DNA from: Gammaproteobacteria bacterium
GTDB taxonomy: Bacteria > Pseudomonadota > Gammaproteobacteria > JAKEHO01
Reading direction: 5' to 3'
Assembly: GCA_027296625.1 (NCBI GenBank)
Contig: JAPUIX010000158.1
Location: 232 to 64,231, forward strand
DNA: 64,000 bases
Below, in pieces: positions 38,401 to 51,352 of this stretch; the stretch's first letter is position 1, and every line of letters starts with the position of its first letter. The notes under the pieces were generated by a model. The model ran no database searches. It was given only the letters and a program-made list of their open reading frames with translations, and had not been told where the DNA came from. A program made the translations under genes and the position numbers.

Positions 38401-40335
38401 CTAGTGTTGGCTTGCAGGGCCACCTACCGCACCGTCGTCGGTCGGTTTTTTGGCCTTCTTGCGCGTCGGCGCCTCCACAGCTCTACCAACGCTACCATCA
38501 TCATCGGTCCAGTCTTTTGGCGGACGAGGAGTCTTGCCGGCCATGATGTCATCAATCTGGTCGGTGGTGATGGTTTCGAACTTGATGAGGGCCTCAGCCA
38601 TATGGTGAAGCTTTTTGATGTTCTCCTTCAGAAGCTTTTCTGCGCGTTCATAGTTGCGATCGATGATGCTACGGATCTCTTCGTCGATCACGTGCGCCGT
38701 TTCATCCGATACGAGCTTGTGTTGCGTCACCGAATGGCCAAGAAATACCTCAGCCTCTTCCTCACTATAGGTCAAGGGCCCCAGACGTTCCGACAATCCC
38801 CACTTGGTTACCATATTGCGCGCGATCTCTGTAGCACGCTGGATATCATTGCTGGCCCCGGTAGTCACACACTCCGGACCAAAGACCAATTCCTCTGAAA
38901 TTCGCCCACCGAAGAGACTCGATATCTGACTCTCAAGCCGCTCCCTGCTAAAGCTGTGCCGATCTTCCTCTGGCAAAAACATCGTAACGCCCAGCGTACG
39001 GCCACGAGGTATGATCGTCACTTTGTAGACCGGATCGTGCGACGGCACCAAGCGACCGACGATTGCATGGCCTGCCTCATGGTACGCACTGAGTTTCTTT
39101 TCTTCATCGCTCATCACCATAGAACGACGCTCTGAACCCATCATGATTTTGTCCTTGGCCTTCTCGAAATCTTCCATGTCAACCATCCGCTTGTCAGCAC
39201 GCGCAGCAAAAAGCGCTGCTTCATTAATCAGATTCGCCAGATCGGCGCCTGAAAAACCGGGTGTACCGCGCGCAATGATGGTTTGCCTCACATCGTCTGC
39301 GATCGGCACCTTACGCATGTGGACTTTGAGAATCTGTTCACGTCCACGAATATCCGGTAACGGCACAACCACTTGCCGGTCAAAACGCCCAGGACGTAAC
39401 AATGCAGGATCAAGTACATCGGGACGATTCGTTGCAGCAATGACAATTACACCTTCATTACCTTCAAACCCATCCAATTCAACGAGCAACTGATTAAGTG
39501 TTTGCTCGCGCTCGTCATGTCCACCACCCAGACCGGCCCCGCGATGGCGGCCCACCGCGTCAATTTCATCGATGAAGATGATGCAGGGGGCATGCTTCTT
39601 AGCCTGATCGAACATATCCCGTACCCTGGAGGCGCCGACACCAACGAACATCTCAACAAAATCGGAACCCGATATCGTGAAGAACGGTACTTTGGCCTCT
39701 CCCGCGATGGCCTTTGCTAAGAGGGTTTTTCCGGTGCCGGGTGCTCCGACCATCAAGACGCCTTGAGGGATCTTGCCGCCCAATTTTTGGAACTTGCCGG
39801 GATCGCGCAGGAACTCCACCAACTCAGCAACTTCCTCCTTGGCCTCATCAACACCCGCAACATCGCTGAACGTGGTCTTTACCTGATCTTCTGCCAGCAA
39901 GCGCGCCCGGCTTTTGCCGAATGAAAGCGCACCCCGGCCGCCCGCGCCTCCCTGCATTTGACGCATGAAAAAGATCCACACGCCAATTAATAGCAGCATC
40001 GGGAACCACGAGATAAAGATCTGCGTGAGCAACCCATGTTGCTCCGGTGCACGGGCCTCGATTGTTACATCATTCGACAACAACACCCCGATCAAGGGAG
40101 CATTATCGGTTTCCGGACTGTAGGTTGAGAATGTAGCCCCGTCATCCATCTTGCCATGGATGTTGTTTTCTTCAATTACGACCGACTTGACTCGCCCGCT
40201 CTTGACGTCCGAAATAAATTGTGAGTAGGCGATCTGCTGTGTGGCTGCTTTGCGTGGCCCAAAATTATTGAAGACCATCATCAGCACAAGCGCAATGATG
40301 ACCCACAGGATCAAATTCTTCGCCATGTCATTCAA
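38401..40335 (-). CDS. ftsH: ATP-dependent zinc metalloprotease FtsH
   Basis: 644 aa with an AAA+ Walker A (GAPGTGKT), the HEAGH zinc motif and two N-terminal TM segments. Confidence 0.95.
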   Translation of the reverse strand: MNDMAKNLILWVIIALVLMMVFNNFGPRKAATQQIAYSQFISDVKSGRVKSVVIEENNIHGKMDDGATFSTYSPETDNAPLIGVLLSNDVTIEARAPEQHGLLTQIFISWFPMLLLIGVWIFFMRQMQGGAGGRGALSFGKSRARLLAEDQVKTTFSDVAGVDEAKEEVAELVEFLRDPGKFQKLGGKIPQGVLMVGAPGTGKTLLAKAIAGEAKVPFFTISGSDFVEMFVGVGASRVRDMFDQAKKHAPCIIFIDEIDAVGRHRGAGLGGGHDEREQTLNQLLVELDGFEGNEGVIVIAATNRPDVLDPALLRPGRFDRQVVVPLPDIRGREQILKVHMRKVPIADDVRQTIIARGTPGFSGADLANLINEAALFAARADKRMVDMEDFEKAKDKIMMGSERRSMVMSDEEKKLSAYHEAGHAIVGRLVPSHDPVYKVTIIPRGRTLGVTMFLPEEDRHSFSRERLESQISSLFGGRISEELVFGPECVTTGASNDIQRATEIARNMVTKWGLSERLGPLTYSEEEAEVFLGHSVTQHKLVSDETAHVIDEEIRSIIDRNYERAEKLLKENIKKLHHMAEALIKFETITTDQIDDIMAGKTPRPPKDWTDDDGSVGRAVEAPTRKKAKKPTDDGAVGGPASQH

Positions 40336-40383
40336 ACTTGCGGCCTCTAAGTTTAGGTAACAATAAATCCTATATGCTATTAA

Positions 40384-40998
40384 CTATACAACATAGGAGC
40401 GGGCCAGGACATAGAGCTCGCTAGACAACTGGCGAGATGCTTTGGGCTTTCGAGTGGACACCTTTTTGAAATGCCTCCTTAACCCCTTGACGTACCCAGC
40501 AAACTCCTCGCTCTGAAAGCCTTTGACAAGAACGTCGCCTCCTGGTTTCAAGATCTCAATGGCCATGTCCCGGACCGCCTCCAAAAGGCACATCATCCTT
40601 GCCTTATCCGTTGCCTTAATCCCACTAATATTGGGGGCCATATCGGATATTACAAGGTCTACCGGGCCGTTGCCTAACGCATGAATGAGATGTTCTCGAA
40701 CGGCCTCATCAGAAAAATCACCTTGTATAAATAAGACGTTTTCTATCGGCTCCATGGGCAACTGATCGAGCGCAATCACACGACCAGATGCACCTACAAT
40801 CTGACGGACATACTGCGACCAGGCACCTGGCGATGACCCCAGGTCAACGATACACATTTCTGGACGTAACAACCGATCCCGTTCGTCGATCTCCATGAGC
40901 TTGTAGACAGCACGCGACCGATATCCGCTCTCACGAGCCTGTCTGACATAGGGATCCTGAGCATGCTGCTGAAGCCACTGTTTGCTGCCACTGCGCAT
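40384..40998 (-). CDS. rlmE: 23S rRNA (uridine2552-2'-O)-methyltransferase
   Basis: 204 aa with an FtsJ fold (DLGSSPGAWSQ). Confidence 0.9.
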   Translation of the reverse strand: MRSGSKQWLQQHAQDPYVRQARESGYRSRAVYKLMEIDERDRLLRPEMCIVDLGSSPGAWSQYVRQIVGASGRVIALDQLPMEPIENVLFIQGDFSDEAVREHLIHALGNGPVDLVISDMAPNISGIKATDKARMMCLLEAVRDMAIEILKPGGDVLVKGFQSEEFAGYVKGLRRHFKKVSTRKPKASRQLSSELYVLARSYVV

Positions 40999-41117
40999 CG
41001 AAATGTGTCTGGCTATTGGTCGACGGGCACGATCGATCCCTGTGCCTCGATTACATCGCGTCCCTCTGCATTAAGCCGTATCAAATGAAATCCGTAGATC
41101 ACCGTTCAACGTACCGG

Positions 41118-41594
41118 TCATCTGTAACTAACCACTCGTATTTCATATTCGATTACTCCGCTTGGCGCGTTAACCTCGACCACATCACCCTCCTCCTTAC
41201 CAATCAGGGCGCGCGCTATCGGTGAACCAATCGATACCAGGCCATCTTCAATCTCCGCCTCGTCCTCTCCTACGATTTGGTAAGTAACCCCCTCGCCCGA
41301 TTCGATATTTATGAGGCTCACCGTCGAGCCAAACACCACCTTCCCATTCGCGTTAATCTTGGTGACATCAATGATATCCGCGTCGTGTAGCTTGCTCTCA
41401 ATCGAAGCAATGCGCCCTTCAGCAAAACCCTGTTCCTCACGAGCGGCATGGTACTCCGCGTTTTCACTGAGATCGCCTAAACTCCGCGCATGAGCAATCG
41501 CCTTTATGATCCCGGGCCGGACCTTGGTTTTTAGTATATGTAGCTCATCGCGCAGCTTTTGCGCGCCCCTAGTCGTCATCGGTGATTTGACCAT
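41118..41594 (-). CDS. greA: transcription elongation factor GreA
   Basis: 158 aa with the GreA N-terminal coiled coil and C-terminal FKBP-like domain. Confidence 0.9.
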   Translation of the reverse strand: MVKSPMTTRGAQKLRDELHILKTKVRPGIIKAIAHARSLGDLSENAEYHAAREEQGFAEGRIASIESKLHDADIIDVTKINANGKVVFGSTVSLINIESGEGVTYQIVGEDEAEIEDGLVSIGSPIARALIGKEEGDVVEVNAPSGVIEYEIRVVSYR

Positions 41595-41598
41595 GCGG

Positions 41599-44500
41599 TC
41601 ATTCCTTATGTAGATCTTGTAATCGGTTCACCTTGTTGGTGTCGCTCTCTTTGAGCGCCATGATCGTCGCTCTAGCACCCGCCATCGTCGTTGTGTAGGT
41701 AACCTTATACTGCAGTGCCGCCCGGCGGATCGTGTAAGAATCTCCGATTGCCTGTTTACCTCCCGTTGTATTCACGATCATGCGAATCTCATCATTCTTT
41801 ATCATGTCTACAATGTGGGGTTGTCCCTCAAGCACCTTATTAACTTGCGTGCATTGTATACCAGCATCCTGCAGCACCTTGGCTGTGCCGCGGGTGGCAT
41901 ACAAATTGAATCCCAACGCCAGCAAGTCCCTGGCGACGTCTTTACTTTCTGGTTTGTCCTTATCACGCACACTGATAAAAATGTTGCCCGAACGAGGCAA
42001 GTTTACTCCCGCAGCAAGTTGTGCCTTGGCGAACGCTTCGCCAAAACTTCCGCCGATTCCCATCACCTCACCGGTTGACTTCATCTCCGGACCAAGCAAC
42101 GGGTCGACACCGGGGAACTTCACGAAGGGAAATACGGCTTCCTTAACAGAATAATAGCGGGGAATGCGCGCCTTCGTCAGCCCCTGTGCCGAGAGCGAGC
42201 GGCCCACCATGCAGTAAGTAGCAATGCGTGCCAACGAGAGCCCCGTCGCCTTGGAGACAAAAGGTACCGTCCTAGATGCTCTTGGGTTGACCTCGAGAAC
42301 ATAGATATTGTTCCCTTGGATAGCGAATTGGGCATTCATCAATCCCACTACGTTCAGAGCCTTGGCCAACTTGCAGACCTGCTCTTGCAATCGTTGCTGA
42401 ATCACTTGCCCAAGACTATGAGGCGGGAGCGAACAGGCCGAATCACCAGAGTGAACGCCTGCCTGTTCGATATGCTCCATGATGCCGCCGATCAGCACGT
42501 CCGTGCCATCGGCCACGGCATCAAGTTCTACTTCAATCGCATCGCTCAAAAATCGATCAAGCAGCACCGGGGATTCATTGGACTCAGCAACGGCCCGCAT
42601 CATATAGGCCCGCAAATCAGCTACGTTATAGACGATCTCCATCGCCCGGCCACCGAGCACATAGGAAGGACGCACGACGAGGGGATAGCCAATCTCCCCG
42701 GCTAGCCGTACTGCCTCATCTACATCCCGGGCTGTGCGGTTCGGTGGTTGGCGCAGTTTCAACTGCACAAGCAGCTGCTTGAATCGTTCCCGGTTTTCAG
42801 CAAGATCGATTGAATCTGGCGGAGTTCCAATGATAGGCACGCCCGCTGCTTCAAGATCTCGCGCGAGCTTCAGCGGGGTTTGCCCACCATATTGAACAAT
42901 GACCCCCTGAGGCCGTTCCAGATCAATGATTTCTAGAACATCTTCAAGCGTCAGCGGTTCAAAATACAACCGGTCTGAAGTATCGTAGTCGGTGGAGACT
43001 GTCTCCGGATTACAGTTGACCATGATACTTTCGAATCCGGCTTCGCGCGTGGCAAGCGCTGCCTGCACGCAACAGTAGTCAAATTCGATACCTTGGCCGA
43101 TCCGGTTGGGCCCGCCACCGAGCACCATAATCTTCTTCCGAGAACTCGGCGCAGCCTCACATTCCTCTTCATAGGTGGAATACAGATAAGCCGTACTCGC
43201 GGTAAACTCGGCAGCGCACGAATCCACGCGCTTATAAACGGGACGAATTTTTAATTCGTGACGACGCGCTCGAACGCGCTCTTCACTGACTGCGAGCAAC
43301 TGCGCAAGACGGCGATCAGAGAAGCCCTTTCGCTTCAGCGAACGAAGTCGCCTGGGTTCAAGCGCTTGCATCTTTTCTGCGCGAACGACCTGCTCCTCAC
43401 GTACCAAATCTTGAATCTGTACGAGGAACCAGCGATCAATGCGAGACAGCTCATAAACCTCGTCGATGGAGAATCCTGTGCGGAACGCGTCTGCGATATA
43501 CCACAAGCGCTCCGCTCTCGGCACACGAAGTTCCCGTTCCAGTCTCTCTCTGGTCCCATCATCGTCGAGATCCAACCGCTCATTCAGGCCATCAACTCCA
43601 GTTTCCAAGCCGCGCAGGGCCTTCTGCAGCGATTCCTGAAACGTACGCCCGATGGCCATGACTTCACCAACTGATTTCATCTGGGTAGTCAGCCGGTCAT
43701 CTGCTCGGGGAAACTTTTCAAACGTAAAACGCGGCACCTTCACTACTACGTAATCCAATGTCGGCTCAAAAGACGCAGGGGTCGAACCACCGGTGATCTC
43801 ATTGGATAATTCATCCAAGGTGTACCCCACAGCAAGTTTCGCGGCCACCTTGGCAATCGGGAATCCCGTCGCCTTGGACGCCAAGGCGGATGAACGTGAC
43901 ACGCGCGGGTTCATCTCAATAATGATGATTTCCCCGTCATCGGGATTCACGGCAAACTGGACATTGGAGCCACCTGTATCGACACCGATCTCGCGAAGTA
44001 CTGCTATCGCAGCGTCGCGCATCAATTGATATTCCTTATCTGTTAGCGTCTGGGCCGGGGCGACCGTGATCGAATCGCCGGTATGCACCCCCATGGGATC
44101 GACGTTTTCTATGGAGCAGACGATGATGCAGTTGTCCTTGTGATCACGCACCACCTCCATTTCAAATTCCTTCCAACCAAGCACGGACTGCTCGAGCAAA
44201 ACCTCGTGGGTGGGTGACGCCTGCAGACCGCGCTCGCAGATCTCGAGAAACTCTTCCCGATTGTAGGCTACGCCACCGCCACTCCCACCGAGGGTAAATG
44301 ACGGACGAATGATAAGCGGGTAGTCGATTTGATCCTGCAGCTCGCGGGCTTCTTCCAGGCTGTGTGCAAGAGCGGACCGTGCTACGGTCAAGCCAATATT
44401 CTGCATGGCCTCGCGGAAGCGTTCGCGGTCTTCAGCCTTATCAATGGACTCCCGCGAGGCACCGATTAACTGCACGTCGTATTCTGCCAGGACACCCTCC

Positions 44501-44811
44501 CGGGCAAGGTCTAAAGCACAATTCAGTCCTGTCTGGCCGCCCATCGTGGGAAGAAGCGCATGCGGCCGCTCCTTGGCGATGATCTCCCGAACGGTCTGCC
44601 AAACCACGGGCTCTATATAAGTGGCATCTGCCATCTCGGGATCGGTCATGATGGTGGCGGGGTTGGAGTTGACGAGAATCACCCGGTAACCTTCTTCACG
44701 AAGCGCCTTGCATGCCTGCGCACCGGAATAGTCGAACTCGCACGCCTGGCCAATCACGATGGGACCCGCGCCAATAATAAGGATACTTTCGATGTCTGTG
44801 CGTTTAGGCAT
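41599..44811 (-). CDS. carB: carbamoyl-phosphate synthase large subunit
   Basis: 1070 aa with two ATP-grasp repeats and an MGS-like C-terminus. Confidence 0.95.
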   Translation of the reverse strand: MPKRTDIESILIIGAGPIVIGQACEFDYSGAQACKALREEGYRVILVNSNPATIMTDPEMADATYIEPVVWQTVREIIAKERPHALLPTMGGQTGLNCALDLAREGVLAEYDVQLIGASRESIDKAEDRERFREAMQNIGLTVARSALAHSLEEARELQDQIDYPLIIRPSFTLGGSGGGVAYNREEFLEICERGLQASPTHEVLLEQSVLGWKEFEMEVVRDHKDNCIIVCSIENVDPMGVHTGDSITVAPAQTLTDKEYQLMRDAAIAVLREIGVDTGGSNVQFAVNPDDGEIIIIEMNPRVSRSSALASKATGFPIAKVAAKLAVGYTLDELSNEITGGSTPASFEPTLDYVVVKVPRFTFEKFPRADDRLTTQMKSVGEVMAIGRTFQESLQKALRGLETGVDGLNERLDLDDDGTRERLERELRVPRAERLWYIADAFRTGFSIDEVYELSRIDRWFLVQIQDLVREEQVVRAEKMQALEPRRLRSLKRKGFSDRRLAQLLAVSEERVRARRHELKIRPVYKRVDSCAAEFTASTAYLYSTYEEECEAAPSSRKKIMVLGGGPNRIGQGIEFDYCCVQAALATREAGFESIMVNCNPETVSTDYDTSDRLYFEPLTLEDVLEIIDLERPQGVIVQYGGQTPLKLARDLEAAGVPIIGTPPDSIDLAENRERFKQLLVQLKLRQPPNRTARDVDEAVRLAGEIGYPLVVRPSYVLGGRAMEIVYNVADLRAYMMRAVAESNESPVLLDRFLSDAIEVELDAVADGTDVLIGGIMEHIEQAGVHSGDSACSLPPHSLGQVIQQRLQEQVCKLAKALNVVGLMNAQFAIQGNNIYVLEVNPRASRTVPFVSKATGLSLARIATYCMVGRSLSAQGLTKARIPRYYSVKEAVFPFVKFPGVDPLLGPEMKSTGEVMGIGGSFGEAFAKAQLAAGVNLPRSGNIFISVRDKDKPESKDVARDLLALGFNLYATRGTAKVLQDAGIQCTQVNKVLEGQPHIVDMIKNDEIRMIVNTTGGKQAIGDSYTIRRAALQYKVTYTTTMAGARATIMALKESDTNKVNRLQDLHKE

Positions 44812-44858
44812 GGCTTAGCATTAGGGCACGAGCGATTGGATCGCGCACCCTATTCAAT

Positions 44859-46067
44859 CTAACGGCGTTTGGGCCGGTTCTCTAACAGCTCAATAAAGTG
44901 GTCAAACAGCACTCGCACGTCATGCGGCCCTGGACTCGCTTCGGGGTGGCCCTGAAAGCCAAATGCCGGATGACGCGTGTGCTGGACACCCTGCAAACTG
45001 CCGTCAAACAACGAGCGGTGAGTGGTGCGAAGATGCGTTGGCAGACTGTTCTCATCTACGACAAAGCCGTGATTCTGACTCGTGATCATGACCCTACCGG
45101 TCGCAAGCTCCTGAACAGGATGATTTGCCCCATGATGCCCAAACTTCATCTTGACGGTACTCGCACCACTGGCCAGGGATAACAGCTGATGTCCAAGGCA
45201 AATGCCGAATATCGGAATGTCCGTCTCCACGAGCTCCTTGATCACTTCGATCGCGTAGTCACAGGGTTCCGGATCACCCGGCCCGTTCGAGAGAAAAACG
45301 CCATGCGGACGCATCGCCAAAATTTCCGCGGCCGGCGTCTTGGCAGGAACAACCGTTAGCCGACAGCCGTGGTCCACAAGGATCCGCAGGATGTTCCGCT
45401 TCACTCCATAGTCGCAGGCCACCACATGCCACGGGAGGGCTTTGGAATCCCATTCTCGCGCTTCGGGCAAGCCCTTATTCAAGTCCCAGCTGCCTTGAGT
45501 CCACTCGTAAGGCGCTTTCACAGTCACCACTTTGGCGAGGTCCATGCCCTTTAACCCGGCAAAGGACTGGGCCGCCTTGGTGGCAGCCGCTTCATCGATA
45601 GGTTCAGCCGCGACGATACAGCCTCGCTGCGAACCTTTGTCGCGAAGGATGCGTGTCAACCGGCGCGTATCGATATCGGCGATCCCGACTACCTGATTTT
45701 CCCTCAAATAATCCTGCAGTGAATCCTGGGCGCGCCAGCTACTCATAGTTAGCGGGAGATCACGGATCACCAAGCCGCTAGCGTAGATCTTTGGCGACTC
45801 CTCATCCTCAACATTGGCTCCCACATTACCAATGTGCGGGTAGGTCAGCATGATAATCTGCTTGTAATACGACGGATCGGTTAAAATTTCCTGGTAGCCA
45901 GTCATGGCGGTATTGAACACCACTTCACCCACGGTCTCACCGGGAACACCGACCGATGTGCCGTGAAACAAACTGCCATCCTCAAGCGCCAACAAGGCCG
46001 GGAAATTCAAGTTAACCTCCGCGCCAGATGTGCAAAGCGGGAGAAACCACACGGTTACTCCCGCCAA
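44859..46067 (-). CDS. carA: carbamoyl-phosphate synthase small subunit. The true start is probably an alternative codon about 15 aa downstream of the called Met.
   Basis: It has a GATase domain. The conserved N-terminus [13 protein letters not shown] begins about 20 residues into the ORF. Confidence 0.9.
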   Translation of the reverse strand: MAGVTVWFLPLCTSGAEVNLNFPALLALEDGSLFHGTSVGVPGETVGEVVFNTAMTGYQEILTDPSYYKQIIMLTYPHIGNVGANVEDEESPKIYASGLVIRDLPLTMSSWRAQDSLQDYLRENQVVGIADIDTRRLTRILRDKGSQRGCIVAAEPIDEAAATKAAQSFAGLKGMDLAKVVTVKAPYEWTQGSWDLNKGLPEAREWDSKALPWHVVACDYGVKRNILRILVDHGCRLTVVPAKTPAAEILAMRPHGVFLSNGPGDPEPCDYAIEVIKELVETDIPIFGICLGHQLLSLASGASTVKMKFGHHGANHPVQELATGRVMITSQNHGFVVDENSLPTHLRTTHRSLFDGSLQGVQHTRHPAFGFQGHPEASPGPHDVRVLFDHFIELLENRPKRR

Positions 46068-46130
46068 ATAAGATTTGATAAATTCTACTTAAATCTATCA
46101 ACAAGTGTCTATTAGGGCAGCGTATCTACC

Positions 46131-46451
46131 ATGGCAACCCCTCATCCCAAGCTAGCAGCCGAGGCACAAACCCTTTGTGCGCTTGCCGAGATCCCTAAGA
46201 ACAGAGCCAAGGGCTTCACCATTTCGGCGGGCCGTGATGCACTCGACCTGTTTGTTGTGCGCAAAGGTTACGACGTATACGGGTATGTCAACACCTGCCC
46301 GCATACTGGCACATCACTGGACTGGGTGCCGGACCAGTTCCTTGACGAGACGGGCAATCTGCTTCAATGCGCAACCCACGGGGCGCTATTTCGCATTGAG
46401 GACGGGTTCTGTGTGGCCGGTCCTTGCACCGGAGCCAGCCTAACGCAGTAA
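46131..46451 (+). CDS. small Rieske [2Fe-2S] domain protein
   Basis: 106 aa with CPHTG...13 residues...L and CATHGALF, the two Rieske Cys-His boxes. It is a single-domain protein divergent from carA. Confidence 0.6.
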   Translation: MATPHPKLAAEAQTLCALAEIPKNRAKGFTISAGRDALDLFVVRKGYDVYGYVNTCPHTGTSLDWVPDQFLDETGNLLQCATHGALFRIEDGFCVAGPCTGASLTQ

Positions 46452-46509
46452 AGGTGCGGGTCACCGACGTTATGGTAGAACTACTCGGGCGTGTTGAGAC
46501 GCATCTGAA

Positions 46510-47331
<822 letters not shown>

Positions 47332-48459
47332 TTATAAGCTTTTATCTTCAAAGAATTTTTTGACGCCGTCGAGCCATGACGATGCCTTAGGACTGTGGCG
47401 TTTGCCGTCACTAGTCATTGACTTTTCGAGCTCCTTCAAAAGCTCCTTCTGTTTGCGATCGAGGTTGACGGGCGTTTCAACAATACCCCGGCAGAACAGA
47501 TCCCCGACTGTATTGCTACGTACCGATTTGACGCCTTTCCCACGTAGGCGAAAGACCTTTCCTGATTGTGTTTCCGGTGGGACTTTTAGCGACACGCGTC
47601 CATCTAATGTCGGTACCTCGAGTTCTCCACCCAGCGCCACCGTGATGATACTAATAGGGATCTCACAGTAGAGATCATTCTGCTCCCGCGTAAAAATTTC
47701 GTGTACCTTAACATGGACATGCACGTAGAGGTCCCCTGGGGGCCCACCCTGCTCACCTGCCTCGCCTTCGCCTGCCAAGCGGATACGGTCACCTTTATCC
47801 ACCCCCGGGGGAACCTTAACCGATATAGTCTTGCGATCCCTAACACGCCCTTGCCCATGGCATGGGGTACACGGATCCGCAATATACTTGCCTGTCCCAC
47901 GACATTTTGGGCACGCCTGTTGGACGGAAAAAAACCCCTGCTGCAGACGTACCTGCCCATGGCCCCCACAGGTTGAGCAAGTGGCCGGCGTGCCGCCGTC
48001 TCGGACACCACTACCTCGGCAGGATTCACACTTGGCCAGTTTAGGAACACGGATCTTAACAGTGTCGCCAAAGACAGCCTCTTCTAAGGTTAATTCGAGG
48101 TTATAGCGAAGATCCGCCCCGCGAAAGACGCGTGTGCTGGCCCGTCCTCCAGTGCCGAAGATATCGCCAAACACAGTATCAAAGATATCGCTGAAACTGC
48201 TTGCGCCAAAGCCGTCAGCGCCCGCGTTTGCAAAGGGGTCAACTCCAGTATGACCAAACTGGTCATACGCAGCGCGCTTACTGGGATCAGACAAGACCTC
48301 ATAGGCCTCCTTGGCCGCCTTGAAGCGCGTCTCTGCCTGCTCATCGGGATTGCGGTCCGGATGATATTTCATGGCGAGGCGTCGGTAGGCCTTCTTGATC
48401 TCTGCCTCATTGGCGTCGCGTGACACACCCAGAGTTTCGTAGTAGTCGCCTTCTGCCAT
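47332..48459 (-). CDS. dnaJ: chaperone DnaJ
   Basis: 375 aa with a J domain (HPD), a G/F region and four CxxCxGxG zinc-finger repeats. Confidence 0.95.
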   Translation of the reverse strand: MAEGDYYETLGVSRDANEAEIKKAYRRLAMKYHPDRNPDEQAETRFKAAKEAYEVLSDPSKRAAYDQFGHTGVDPFANAGADGFGASSFSDIFDTVFGDIFGTGGRASTRVFRGADLRYNLELTLEEAVFGDTVKIRVPKLAKCESCRGSGVRDGGTPATCSTCGGHGQVRLQQGFFSVQQACPKCRGTGKYIADPCTPCHGQGRVRDRKTISVKVPPGVDKGDRIRLAGEGEAGEQGGPPGDLYVHVHVKVHEIFTREQNDLYCEIPISIITVALGGELEVPTLDGRVSLKVPPETQSGKVFRLRGKGVKSVRSNTVGDLFCRGIVETPVNLDRKQKELLKELEKSMTSDGKRHSPKASSWLDGVKKFFEDKSL

Positions 48460-48584
48460 ATTAAGTCTTCAATGACAAATGAGCCCGGATAGATAACAGA
48501 TCACTTTACAAGTGTCCTGCCTCATCCGGGCCTATGTTGTAGTCCCCTAGCTAATGGTGTCTTGCCGAACAAGACACCCCTTAG

Positions 48585-50522
48585 TCACTTCTTGTCTTCA
48601 TCGACTTCCTCAAACTCGGCATCGACCACATGCTCATCAGATGTAGCGGCACCATTGCTCTGCGATCCGGTGCTTGCGCCCTCCGCGGCTTTCGCATCTT
48701 CTGTGGTTTGCTTATAGGCCCGCTCGGCGATCTTGCCGGAGAGTTCCGCTAGTTTCTTTGTCTTTTCCTCGATTTCCGACTTGTCATCACCCTTCAATAG
48801 TTCCTTCAGCTCACCCATGGCAACCTCGATATCCGTCTTCTCCTGCGCCTCAACCTTGTCACCTAACTCCTCTAGGGATTTGCTCGTCGCGTGGATCAGA
48901 GCATCAGCCTGGTTGCGGGCATCCACTACCTCGTGGAACTTGCGATCCTCTTCGGCATGCACTTCGGCGTCCTTTACCATGCGGTCGATTTCCGCCTCGG
49001 CGAGACCACTCGAAGCCTTGATGACAATGGACTGCTCTTTGCCAGTTGCCTTATCCTTTGCGGAAACATTAAGTATGCCGTTGGCGTCGATGTCGAATGT
49101 CACATCGATCTGGGGCATCCCCCTTGGTGCCACCGGAATATCCGTGAGATCGAAACGCCCGAGTGCCTTATTAGCCGAGGCCATCTCCCGCTCTCCCTGC
49201 AAGACATGCACAGTAACGGCTGTTTGATTATCCTCCGCCGTTGAAAACACCTGATTCGCTTTAGTTGGAATCGTGGTGTTCTTCTCGATGAGCTTGGTCA
49301 TTACGCCACCCAAGGTCTCAATTCCCAGTGACAGCGGCGTCACGTCGAGCAGCAGGACATCCTTGACGTCTCCACCAAGGACACCCGCTTGGAAAGCGGC
49401 ACCAACTGCCACGGCCTCGTCCGGGTTCACATCCTTGCGAGGCTCCTTACCAAATACCTCTTTGACAACCTCCTGTACTTTAGGCATGCGCGTTTGACCG
49501 CCCACCAAAATCACGTCGCGGATATCGGACGGTTTGAGCCCGGCATCTTTCAGCGCAACTTCGCAGGGTGTGACCGTGCGCTCAATGAGATCCTCCACCA
49601 AAGATTCCAACTTCGCTCGCGTCAATTTGATATTGAGGTGCTTGGGACCGCTGGCATCGGCCGTAATATACGGCAGGTTGACATCAGTCTGCTGCGATGA
49701 GGAGAGTTCGATCTTCGCCTTCTCAGCCGCTTCCTTCAGGCGCTGCAAGGCCAGCGGATCATTATGGAGGTCAACGCCTTGATCCTTTTTATATTCATCA
49801 CAGAGATAATCCATGACTCGAAGATCAAAGTCTTCGCCTCCAAGGAACGTATCCCCGTTGGTAGACAATACCTCGAACTGGTGTTCGCCTTCGACCTCCG
49901 CCATTTCGATGATCGAGATATCGAACGTGCCACCACCAAGGTCGTAGACAGCGATCTTGGCGTCACCACGCTTCTTCTCCATACCATATGCCAGCGCCGC
50001 CGCCGTCGGTTCATTGATGATGCGCTTAACCTCAAGCCCGGCAATACGGCCCGCGTCCTTGGTCGCTTGGCGCTGAGAATCGTTGAAGTAGGCAGGTACT
50101 GTAATAACCGCCTCAGTGATCTTTTCCCCTAAATAATCTTCCGCGGTTTTCTTCATTTTCATCAATACCCGCGCGGCGATCTCGGGGGGAGCCATCTTCT
50201 TACCCTTCGCCTCCACCCAGGCACCCCCGTTATCTGCGGCGACAATCTTATACGGCACCATATCGATATCACGCTTGACCACGTCGTCCTCGTATCGACG
50301 ACCGATCAGGCGCTTAATGGCATACAAGGTATTGTCCGGATTTGTCACTGCTTGGCGTTTGGCCGCCTGCCCCACCAACACCTGGTCATCGGCACTAAAC
50401 GCGACCACCGAAGGCGTGGTGCGGGACCCTTCGCTGTTTTCAATTACCTTGGGCTTACCACCCTCCAGCACCGCGACGACTGAGTTAGTGGTTCCCAGAT
50501 CAATTCCAATTATCTTTCCCAT
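48585..50522 (-). CDS. dnaK: chaperone DnaK (Hsp70)
   Basis: 645 aa, canonical Hsp70. Confidence 0.95.
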   Translation of the reverse strand: MGKIIGIDLGTTNSVVAVLEGGKPKVIENSEGSRTTPSVVAFSADDQVLVGQAAKRQAVTNPDNTLYAIKRLIGRRYEDDVVKRDIDMVPYKIVAADNGGAWVEAKGKKMAPPEIAARVLMKMKKTAEDYLGEKITEAVITVPAYFNDSQRQATKDAGRIAGLEVKRIINEPTAAALAYGMEKKRGDAKIAVYDLGGGTFDISIIEMAEVEGEHQFEVLSTNGDTFLGGEDFDLRVMDYLCDEYKKDQGVDLHNDPLALQRLKEAAEKAKIELSSSQQTDVNLPYITADASGPKHLNIKLTRAKLESLVEDLIERTVTPCEVALKDAGLKPSDIRDVILVGGQTRMPKVQEVVKEVFGKEPRKDVNPDEAVAVGAAFQAGVLGGDVKDVLLLDVTPLSLGIETLGGVMTKLIEKNTTIPTKANQVFSTAEDNQTAVTVHVLQGEREMASANKALGRFDLTDIPVAPRGMPQIDVTFDIDANGILNVSAKDKATGKEQSIVIKASSGLAEAEIDRMVKDAEVHAEEDRKFHEVVDARNQADALIHATSKSLEELGDKVEAQEKTDIEVAMGELKELLKGDDKSEIEEKTKKLAELSGKIAERAYKQTTEDAKAAEGASTGSQSNGAATSDEHVVDAEFEEVDEDKK

Positions 50523-50590
50523 ATCGAATACCTCAAGTCAGACCCTACGGCCTGCTTTATCGTGAACTCTGGACTACAAAGCTTCTTAGG

Positions 50591-50619
50591 AATATTGGGC
50601 CGCCTCGAGCGATTTCAAG
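50591..50619 (-). promoter_or_regulatory. sigma-32 (RpoH)-type heat-shock promoter upstream of dnaK
   Basis: Minus strand reads CTTGAAA-N13-CCCAATATT, against the consensus CTTGAAA-N13-15-CCCCATnT. It ends about 70 nt upstream of the dnaK ATG. Confidence 0.4.
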
Positions 50620-50626
50620 CCTCTGG

Positions 50627-51274
50627 TCAGGTCCCTTTGGGTCCCGTGGCGACGATCACCATGGCCGGTCGGAGCAGCCGGTCCTGCAACAGATATCCCT
50701 TTTGAATCACTGTCATTACCGTACCGGGCTCGGCCTCCTGAGTCTCCTGCATCGACACGGCTTCATGCAGGTCCGGGTTGAACCGTTCACCCTCTGGGTC
50801 CACGATCGTGACGCCAAACTTCTCCAGTGCGCTCTCGAACATCTTTAGGGTGAGCACCATCCCCTCACTCAGACTGGCAACATCTGAAGCATTTTCGGAC
50901 GCCGATATACCGAGCTCAACGCTGTCCTTCACCGGCAAAAGTTCCGTAATAAATGATTCAAGGGCATATTTATGGGCATTGGCAACGTCACGGGCCGTCC
51001 GCTTGCGCAAGTTTTCGAGATCTGCCTTCGCCCGAAGTAATTTGTTCCAGTGTTCATCGGCCTTCTGCTGGGCCTCTTCGAGCAGCTGGGCGAGCTCATC
51101 GGCCGACCGCCCCGAGGCTGGTGTTCTGGACACCTGAGGCGCTTGCCCCTTATCCGTATCGGCCGCAGCGAGCTCTGCATCATCGCTCACCGGTGCCGTG
51201 TCACTGGTCCGGTTCAAAACTTGTTCTTCACCCCCGTCGCGACGGGGATACCTGCGCTTTCTTGTCATAAGCAC
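50627..51274 (-). CDS. grpE: nucleotide exchange factor GrpE
   Basis: 215 aa with a GrpE coiled coil and the C-terminal beta domain. Confidence 0.9.
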   Translation of the reverse strand: MLMTRKRRYPRRDGGEEQVLNRTSDTAPVSDDAELAAADTDKGQAPQVSRTPASGRSADELAQLLEEAQQKADEHWNKLLRAKADLENLRKRTARDVANAHKYALESFITELLPVKDSVELGISASENASDVASLSEGMVLTLKMFESALEKFGVTIVDPEGERFNPDLHEAVSMQETQEAEPGTVMTVIQKGYLLQDRLLRPAMVIVATGPKGT

Positions 51275-51352
51275 TCTCCGAGAGGACGTAATCCGCGTGC
51301 GGGAACATAACCAAATGCTGCCTTGGCGCGGTGATTGACATGAATTTTGGGA

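Noticed and set aside
37989-38898. 185-aa and 204-aa plus-strand ORFs
   Set aside because: They are antisense to glmM and ftsH. The ORF at 38284-38898 runs into the ftsH C-terminus, and no homology was recognised.
41016-41225. 69-aa plus-strand ORF between rlmE and greA, where E. coli has yhbY
   Set aside because: The translation shows no similarity to YhbY/CRS1 RNA-binding proteins. It overlaps the greA 3' end, so it is likely spurious.
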